Positions 29,613 to 35,605 of a stretch of 35,605 bases of DNA are shown here, piece after piece; within the stretch, counting starts at the first letter, position 1, and each line of letters begins with the position of its first letter. Under the pieces are notes generated by a model. That model was not told where the DNA came from and did no database searches. It was given only the letters and a program-made list of their open reading frames with translations. The position numbers and the translations under genes are program-made. The DNA is from Prochlorococcus sp. AG-686-P16 (GTDB taxonomy: Bacteria; Cyanobacteriota; Cyanobacteriia; PCC-6307; Cyanobiaceae). Location of the stretch: positions 1 through 35,605 of the forward strand of contig QCVY01000001.1 in the NCBI GenBank assembly GCA_003208695.1, given 5' to 3'.

Positions 29613-29719
29613 TTGTTGAAACGCAGACCACCTAAGATGGTTAGAAAGGAATGCTTTAAGCCTGCAAACTTAAGAGCAATTTATTTGTAAGATTTATTCT
29701 ACACTTTAATAGGCTGAAT

Positions 29720-30199
29720 TCACAAAATTGAAGCTAACTCATTTTTCGAACTACCTTTTAGAGATTCAAGAGTGGAAACAAAGTCTTTTACTCCATTAAA
29801 CTTCCTATAGACTGATGCATATCTTATGTAAGCAACTTCATTTTCTTTTCTTAGGCCTTTAAGAATTAATTCTCCAATATCAGAAGATTTAATATCTTTA
29901 TTTGAGTCTTGTATGATTTGAGATTCAATTGAGTCAACAAAATTAATAATCGATTCTCTTGAAAATGTTGTTTTTTCGCATGCTCTAGAAATCCCAGTCA
30001 CTAATTTATCTTTATTGAATAATTCTCGGCTACCATCATTTTTAAGAACAGAAATTGGCATTGTCTCAACTCTTTCATATGTGGTAAATCTAAAGCTGCA
30101 ATTTAAACACTCTCTTCTTCTTCTGACACTCTTTCCAGTATCAGCAGATCTTGATTCTAAAACTCTGCTATCTGTGTTTTTACAGGTTGGACACTGCAT
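29720..30199 (-). CDS. nrdR: Transcriptional repressor NrdR
   Basis: CPTC...SRVLESR...[19 protein letters not shown]-cone and [10 protein letters not shown]. Confidence 0.96.
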   Translation of the reverse strand: MQCPTCKNTDSRVLESRSADTGKSVRRRRECLNCSFRFTTYERVETMPISVLKNDGSRELFNKDKLVTGISRACEKTTFSRESIINFVDSIESQIIQDSNKDIKSSDIGELILKGLRKENEVAYIRYASVYRKFNGVKDFVSTLESLKGSSKNELASIL

Positions 30200-30262
30200 A
30201 TAGTGAATTAATGAAATCTTTTACTCTAATACTAGATTAATATCACGATTATGAAAAGTAGC

Positions 30263-30302
30263 AAAAAAAAAATCCCTCCTAATTGGTGGAGGGATTTTTT
30301 TT
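30263..30302 (-). terminator. Intrinsic (symmetrical, possibly bidirectional) terminator after psbB-psbT
   Basis: A-run-TCCCTCC-taattggt-GGAGGGA-T-run immediately after the psbT stop. Confidence 0.88.
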
Positions 30303-30304
30303 CT

Positions 30305-30403
30305 TTATTTCCTATCGAATTTAGGTGGATCTCTAAAAGCGACTGCAAAAAATAGAGTAACAACTGCAAGAGTTAAGATGAGAACGTAAGCAAAAGCTTC
30401 CAT
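30305..30403 (-). CDS. psbT: PSII protein T
   Basis: Manual translation [32 protein letters not shown] (32 aa), downstream of psbB. Confidence 0.96.
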   Translation of the reverse strand: MEAFAYVLILTLAVVTLFFAVAFRDPPKFDRK

Positions 30404-30426
30404 GAGAAAAAATAATAAAGTTTAAA

Positions 30427-31950
30427 TTAAACCCTTCCTGGGATTCTTCTAGTAGTTTCGTCTCCAAGTTTCTTAAAGAGACCAAATTCAACTTGGTCAC
30501 CTATCTCGGAGTCAATACCAGCAAAGGAATCTTTGTAAAGTGTTCTTGAAGCATGCCACCAATGACCAAATAGGAATAATAATCCGAAACATAAATGTGC
30601 ATAAGTAAACCAAGCTCTTGGGGAACTACGGAATACACCATCAGATTTATAAGTTTCTCTATCAAACTTGAATGCTTCACCAAGTTGTGCTTTCCTAGCG
30701 AGTCTTTTAACTACCGCAGGATCTGTAAATGTTTGACCATTAAGATCACCTCCGTAAATAGTTGCTGTGATTCCAGTTTGTTCAAATGAATACTTTGCTT
30801 CAGCTCTTCTAAAGGGAATATCAGCTCTTACATTACCTTCTTTATCTTCCAAAATAACTGGGAAGTTTTCAAAGAAGTTTGGAATTCTTCTAACTTCTAA
30901 GTCATTGCCCTCTTTATCTGTAAAAGCAATATGCCCTTGCCAACCTGTTGGTAAACCATCTCCATTTACAAGAGCCCCGACCCTAAACAATCCTCCTTTA
31001 GCAGGACTGTTGCCTACGTAATCGTAGAATGCAAGCTTTTCGGGAATTGAAGCATATGCTTCTTCCCTAGTTGCTCCATTATCAATAGCTGTTTGAACTC
31101 TCCTGTTTATTTCAGTTTTGAAGTACCCAGAGTCCCATTGATATCTTGTTGGACCAAACAATTCAACAGGGGTGGTGGCAGAGCCGTACCACATTGTTCC
31201 TGCGACAACAAATGATACAAATAGAACAGCGGCTAGGGCACTAGCTAATACTCCTTCTAAACTTCCAAGTTTAAGGGCTCTATAAAGCCTTTCTCCTGGT
31301 CTATTTGTAATGTGAAATATTCCACCGATAATACCTAAAAGGCCTGCTGCAATATGATTTGCAACTATTCCACCAGGATTAAATGGATTGAATCCATCTG
31401 CTCCCCAAGATGGCGCTACCTGTTCCACATGACCGGTTAGTCCATAGGGATCTGAAACCCAAATGCCGACATTAGCGCAATGAAAAGCTCCAAATCCAAA
31501 GCAAGTAATTCCTGATAAAAGAAGGTGGATCCCAAATATTCTTGGAAGATCAAGAGCAGGTTCCCCAGTTCTTTCATCTTCCCATAAATCTAAATCCCAA
31601 TATGTCCAATGCCAGATTGAAGCAAGCATTAAAAGTCCACTAAAAACAATGTGGGCAGCTGCAACACCTTCAAAGCTCCAGAATCCTGGATCAACTCCAG
31701 TAGCTCCAGTTATATCCCATCCGTTCCAACTACTTGTGATCCCTAATCTCGCCATGAATGGCATGACATACATTCCCTGTCTCCACATTGGATTGAGAAC
31801 AGCGTCTGAAGGATCAAAAATGGCTAATTCATATAAAGCCATAGAACCGGCCCAGCCGGCTAATAATGCAGTATGCATGAGATGCACAGCTAGTAGTCGA
31901 CCGGGGTCGTTGATAACTACTGTGTGAACTCTATACCAAGGCAATCCCAT
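30427..31950 (-). CDS. psbB: PSII CP47 chlorophyll-binding protein
   Basis: [27 protein letters not shown]; 507 aa. Confidence 0.99.
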   Translation of the reverse strand: MGLPWYRVHTVVINDPGRLLAVHLMHTALLAGWAGSMALYELAIFDPSDAVLNPMWRQGMYVMPFMARLGITSSWNGWDITGATGVDPGFWSFEGVAAAHIVFSGLLMLASIWHWTYWDLDLWEDERTGEPALDLPRIFGIHLLLSGITCFGFGAFHCANVGIWVSDPYGLTGHVEQVAPSWGADGFNPFNPGGIVANHIAAGLLGIIGGIFHITNRPGERLYRALKLGSLEGVLASALAAVLFVSFVVAGTMWYGSATTPVELFGPTRYQWDSGYFKTEINRRVQTAIDNGATREEAYASIPEKLAFYDYVGNSPAKGGLFRVGALVNGDGLPTGWQGHIAFTDKEGNDLEVRRIPNFFENFPVILEDKEGNVRADIPFRRAEAKYSFEQTGITATIYGGDLNGQTFTDPAVVKRLARKAQLGEAFKFDRETYKSDGVFRSSPRAWFTYAHLCFGLLFLFGHWWHASRTLYKDSFAGIDSEIGDQVEFGLFKKLGDETTRRIPGRV

Positions 31951-32172
31951 CGGTTAAATTCTTGTAACGATGCTGAATGAACAGCTAAACAACATGATCG
32001 TAAGGGTTTTTTGGGCATTGAGAGAGTTTTGTAAATAAATTAATTTTCTTAGTAAAATTGGTCAGATAAGTCTGTGTCACTTTAGTTTCAGCGAATTTTG
32101 AACAAAAATATGTTAATATTTTGGTCACAATTCTCAAAGTAAAGCGCCAAAATAGATAAAAATAACAAAAAA

Positions 32173-32535
32173 ATGGCAATTATTAGATTCATCCGTGAAG
32201 GAATAGATATCGAATGCAAACCTGGAGAAAATTTGAGAGAGTTAGTAATTAGAGAGAAATTACAACTTTATGGATTAAAAGGCATACTAGGTAATTGCGG
32301 TGGAGTTGGGCAATGCAGTACTTGTTTTGTTTCTGTTGAAGGGGGAGCGAAAAACTCGCTAAGTCCCCTCACTGTTGTCGAGGAAGAAAAACTCAACAAC
32401 AGGCCTGATAACTGGAGACTTGCCTGTCAAACACTCATCAATTCATCTTCGATAATACTTACTAAGCCTCAATCTCCGCCCTCAAATTTGAAAGATTTAA
32501 AAGAATCTGCTGAAAGCAAAAAATTACCTAGATAA
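32173..32535 (+). CDS. 2Fe-2S ferredoxin-like protein
   Basis: NCGGVGQCSTC ... RLACQ four-Cys pattern. Confidence 0.9.
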   Translation: MAIIRFIREGIDIECKPGENLRELVIREKLQLYGLKGILGNCGGVGQCSTCFVSVEGGAKNSLSPLTVVEEEKLNNRPDNWRLACQTLINSSSIILTKPQSPPSNLKDLKESAESKKLPR

Positions 32536-32638
32536 ATTGTTTAAGACTGTTAATGAGTTAGTAGAATTTTTGTCTTTTCCCACTTAATTCCCTTTTGAAT
32601 GTCTATAGTCTTAATTATTATTGAATTTGTCTTTTTAA

Positions 32639-32791
32639 ATGGAAACAACAAATTTTGGTTTCGTAGCAAGTCTTCTATTTGTAGGAGTACCAACAATCTT
32701 TCTAATTGGTTTATTTATTTCGACCCAAGATGGCGAGAAATCAAGCTTTTATTCAGATTCTAGTAAAGGTAAACTTGGCCCAAAACGCTAA
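32639..32791 (+). CDS. psbM: PSII protein M
   Basis: Manual translation METTNFGFVASLLFVGVPTIFLIGLFISTQDGEKSSFYSDSSKGKLGPKR (50 aa). Confidence 0.95.
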   Translation: METTNFGFVASLLFVGVPTIFLIGLFISTQDGEKSSFYSDSSKGKLGPKR

Positions 32792-32803
32792 GTTAATCTT
32801 TGA

Positions 32804-33685
32804 ATGTTTGTAATTTCTGCTGAAGAATTCTCATTCTGGAAAAAAAAACAAGTATCAAAAGGAGGAGATAACAACTCTCTCAATCTTTTGATCGATTCAT
32901 TAGCAGGACTTTCGAATAAAGAATTAAATTTAATTAAAATTAAATCTGAAAAAAATTTAAATTTAAAATTAAGTTTAGATTTACTTGAGACTTTTTGGGA
33001 TAAACACCTTAATACTTCTATACCTATACAATATTTAAGTGGAATTTCTTTTTGGAGGGATCTCAAATTAGAAGTTACAAGTAGAGTTCTTATCCCACGA
33101 CCAGAAACAGAACTTATTATTGAAATAATTTCTGGGATATTTAATAATAAGAAAGAAAAAATAACCTTTGTAGATCTAGGTACTGGTTCAGGTGCAATTA
33201 GCATAGCTTTAGCATTGGCTAATCCAAATTGGAATGGAATTGCAACTGATATTGATAAAAATGCTATTGAGATTGCATCGAGAAATTTTGCAAACAACTC
33301 TAATCAATCTAATTTAAGATTTTATAGTGGGAATTGGTGGGATCCTCTTGCGAATTACAAAGGAGAAATAGATTTAGCTGTAGCTAATCCTCCATATATT
33401 CCGCAAGATATTTATGAAGTCTTGCCAAAAGAAGTAAAGAATTTTGAACCTAAAAATGCTCTATTGGGAGGGAAAGAAGGCCTTGATCATATAAATGAAA
33501 TAGTTCAAAATGCGCCGATATATTTAAAACATAAAGGGTGGTTATTAATTGAGAATCATTTTGATCAAGGTGAAAAAGTTAAACAATTATTTCTTGAAAA
33601 TAGATTTACTTCAGTAAAAGTATTAAAAGATCTTTCTGGGATTGGAAGATTTACAATAGGAAGATATAAAGAAATTATTAGCTAA
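32804..33685 (+). CDS. prmC: Release factor glutamine methyltransferase (PrmC/HemK)
   Basis: VLIPRPETE, DLGTGSGAI and NPPY. Confidence 0.95.
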   Translation: MFVISAEEFSFWKKKQVSKGGDNNSLNLLIDSLAGLSNKELNLIKIKSEKNLNLKLSLDLLETFWDKHLNTSIPIQYLSGISFWRDLKLEVTSRVLIPRPETELIIEIISGIFNNKKEKITFVDLGTGSGAISIALALANPNWNGIATDIDKNAIEIASRNFANNSNQSNLRFYSGNWWDPLANYKGEIDLAVANPPYIPQDIYEVLPKEVKNFEPKNALLGGKEGLDHINEIVQNAPIYLKHKGWLLIENHFDQGEKVKQLFLENRFTSVKVLKDLSGIGRFTIGRYKEIIS

Positions 33686-33693
33686 TAATTTTA

Positions 33694-34275
33694 ATGAATG
33701 TCATAGACCAAAAATTAGCTTTAGAAAAACTTAGTAGTGGTTTGCCTATAGTTTTTCAGACTGATACTTTGCCTGCGATTGGATGCTTACCAAAGTTTTC
33801 AGAAATTATTTATAAGATAAAAAAAAGAGATATTAAAAAACCTTTAATTTTGATGGGAGCTGAAAATTTTAAATTTGATGATTTTGTTCATGAATCGGCA
33901 TTAGATGATTTCAAATGTATTGCTTCATGTTATTGGCCAGGACCCTTAACAATCATTATTCCGTGCTCTGAAAAAACAAGATCATTTTCATCCGCCAGTA
34001 ACTTTACCTTGGGTCTACGAATACCAGATTCTAAAATGACTAAATTACTCTTAAAGGAAAGTGGACCATTACTAACCTCAAGTGCAAATATTTCAGGTTT
34101 GCCTCCCGCTACTAGTGCAAAAGAAATTTCGATTAATTTGCCTAATGTAAATATTTTAGGACCAATTCCTTGGAGAAAATGTAGTGGTAGGGCGAGTACC
34201 ATAATTTCTTGGGTGAATCATGGTAAATGGAAAATAATAAGAGAAGGAGAAGTTTCAATCCCAGGTATTGAGTGA
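33694..34275 (+). CDS. tsaC: L-threonylcarbamoyladenylate synthase (TsaC/Sua5/YrdC)
   Basis: TDT, KKRDIKKPL, YWPGPLT, GLRIP, TSSANISG and ASTII. Confidence 0.9.
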   Translation: MNVIDQKLALEKLSSGLPIVFQTDTLPAIGCLPKFSEIIYKIKKRDIKKPLILMGAENFKFDDFVHESALDDFKCIASCYWPGPLTIIIPCSEKTRSFSSASNFTLGLRIPDSKMTKLLLKESGPLLTSSANISGLPPATSAKEISINLPNVNILGPIPWRKCSGRASTIISWVNHGKWKIIREGEVSIPGIE

Positions 34276-34451
34276 TGCTTCTTCTTATATTTTTTATTTC
34301 ACTAACACAAATTTTTTCTTACTGGATTTTTGAACCTTTAACTTCATTTTTAACTGATCTATTTGAGATAAAAATTTTGCCAATTTTACTTTTATTCTTT
34401 TTTATTTTTCTATTTTCAACAAATAAAGAGGAATCAAATATTAAATTGTAA
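34275..34451 (+). CDS. Putative small membrane protein (58 aa), coupled to tsaC by a TGATG overlap
   Basis: Manual translation MLLLIFFISLTQIFSYWIFEPLTSFLTDLFEIKILPILLLFFFIFLFSTNKEESNIKL. T-rich DNA can give such frames by chance. Confidence 0.5.
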   Translation: MLLLIFFISLTQIFSYWIFEPLTSFLTDLFEIKILPILLLFFFIFLFSTNKEESNIKL

Positions 34452-34454
34452 AAA

Positions 34455-34526
34455 TGCCGGCTAACAGATTTGAACTGATGACCTTCGCTTTACAAAAGCG
34501 CTGCTCTACCGCTGAGCTAAGCCGGC
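34455..34526 (-). tRNA. tRNA-Thr (TGT)
   Basis: Reverse complement GCCGGCTTAGCTCAGCGGTAGAGCAGCGCTTTTGTAAAGCGAAGGTCATCAGTTCAAATCTGTTAGCCGGCA; no encoded CCA. Confidence 0.96.
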
Positions 34527-34591
34527 ATAAATTTATTTTACATACAGCTAGGTGTTATTTGATAATTTATTAATTTAGATTTTTAAAACTT

Positions 34592-34912
34592 TTATTTCTT
34601 TTTAGAGGTCTCATCATTTTTTTTAAATTCAATTTCTCCTGTAAGAGTTCTTTTTATAGGCAGATTTGCGACTAATGCAGTCATTCTGTCTTCTGTTTCT
34701 AAACTTACAGCTACTTCCTCAAAATCTATCTCAACATATTTAGCTACCACATCAAGTATTTCTTTTCTCATCTTATCCAAAAGATCAGTTGTTAATGTAC
34801 TCATGTCAACTCTGTCATGAGCTAGAACTAATTGCAATCTTTCTCTTGCAGTATTAGCACTGGCCGTTTCTCTGCCTAGCAATTTGTTTATAAGGTCTCT
34901 AAGAGTCATCAT
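34592..34912 (-). CDS. minE: Cell division topological specificity factor
   Basis: [27 protein letters not shown] and ALVANLPI. Confidence 0.96.
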   Translation of the reverse strand: MMTLRDLINKLLGRETASANTARERLQLVLAHDRVDMSTLTTDLLDKMRKEILDVVAKYVEIDFEEVAVSLETEDRMTALVANLPIKRTLTGEIEFKKNDETSKKK

Positions 34913-34915
34913 TTT

Positions 34916-35605
34916 TTAAAAAATCTTTGTTTGCATTAATCTCATGAATTTATCTTTAAGGCTTTTCCCTTCATTCTTTGGATCGATAATTGGAATATCT
35001 ATTCCTATAAGCCTTTGAGATACATTTAAATAGCATTTTTTAGCAGGAGATTTACTATCAGAAAGAGTAAGGGGCTCTCCTCTGTTTGTACTTATTATTA
35101 CTTGTTCATCCTCTAAAACAATACCCAGCAACGGCAAGGAAAGGATACTTTGAACATCTTCTATAGAGAGCATTTCCTGATTAGCCATCATATTAGGGCG
35201 AACTCTATTTATTACTAACTGTATTGGCTTTATATCAGAAGTATTTAAAATTCCTATTACTCTGTCTGCATCACGAACTGCTGATAATTCAGGGTTTGTA
35301 ACTACTATTGCTTCTTTGCAAGCTGAAAGAGCATTTTTAAAACCATCTTCAACTCCCGCCGGACAATCTACTAAAACGTAATCAAACTTCTCACTAAGTA
35401 ATTTACTAATTTGTTTCATATCCTCAGGCTTCATCCAATCAAGCATCCTAGGATCACCAGCTGGTAATAGTGCTAAATTAGGCTCCTTTTTGTGTCTAAC
35501 TAATGCTTGATCAAGACGACAATTATTATCGAGAACATCTTGAGCTGTATAAATAATACGATTTTCTAAACCTAAGAGAAGATCTAAATTCCTCAATCCA
35601 AAATC
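34916..35605 (-). CDS. minD: Septum site-determining ATPase MinD, 5' part beyond the window end
   Basis: Frame is open to the window edge (..DFGLRNLDLLLGLENR); DCPAGVE, SAVRDADRVIG and a C-terminal amphipathic helix. Confidence 0.96.
   Translation of the reverse strand, partial: DFGLRNLDLLLGLENRIIYTAQDVLDNNCRLDQALVRHKKEPNLALLPAGDPRMLDWMKPEDMKQISKLLSEKFDYVLVDCPAGVEDGFKNALSACKEAIVVTNPELSAVRDADRVIGILNTSDIKPIQLVINRVRPNMMANQEMLSIEDVQSILSLPLLGIVLEDEQVIISTNRGEPLTLSDSKSPAKKCYLNVSQRLIGIDIPIIDPKNEGKSLKDKFMRLMQTKIF

Noticed and set aside
31985-32179. 64-aa minus-strand ORF upstream of psbB
   Set aside because: It spans the divergent psbB/ferredoxin promoter region, overlaps the ferredoxin start and has no recognisable features. 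It is probably non-coding.
5388-34202. Numerous 60-170 aa alternative ORFs in the track (e.g. 5388-5654, 6296-6517, 12564-12797, 17085-17387, 27807-28172, 29032-29388, 30767-31021, 32788-33297, 33930-34202)
   Set aside because: They lie antisense to, or out of frame within, well-identified genes and have no motifs. They are typical shadow ORFs.
1-35605. CRISPR arrays, IS elements, toxin-antitoxin or other defence systems
   Set aside because: No repeat-spacer structure, transposase or defence-type ORF was seen. Nearly all the DNA is accounted for by core genes.

Overview
AT-rich, gene-dense core-genome segment of a marine picocyanobacterium. It is almost certainly a high-light-adapted Prochlorococcus, judged from the single degenerate cpeB with cpeS and no cpeA, the CPD photolyase, and the gene order. 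Contents in order: partial carotenoid oxygenase, hisB, fabI, a redoxin, DegT aminotransferase, photolyase-Nudix-folK, chlD, mlaD/mlaF-type ABC genes, yvcK-like gene, ndhCKJ, rubA-ycf48-psbEFLJ, mtnP, an oxidoreductase-SelD fusion, a tRNA nucleotidyltransferase, pcrA/uvrD, a vestigial phycoerythrin region ending at tRNA-Phe, FGGY kinase-metK, rps1, nrdR, psbB-psbT, a 2Fe-2S ferredoxin, psbM, prmC, tsaC, tRNA-Thr, minE and partial minD. Several small genes absent from the ORF track were read by hand: psbF, psbL, psbT, psbM and two unknown small ORFs. I saw no mobile element, integrase, CRISPR array or defence system, and I cannot support a claim of a new multi-gene system. The best leads are modest: the shrunken phycoerythrin locus with its small orphan ORFs, a candidate sRNA converging on tRNA-Phe, the oxidoreductase-SelD fusion head-to-head with mtnP, and a structured rps1 leader.
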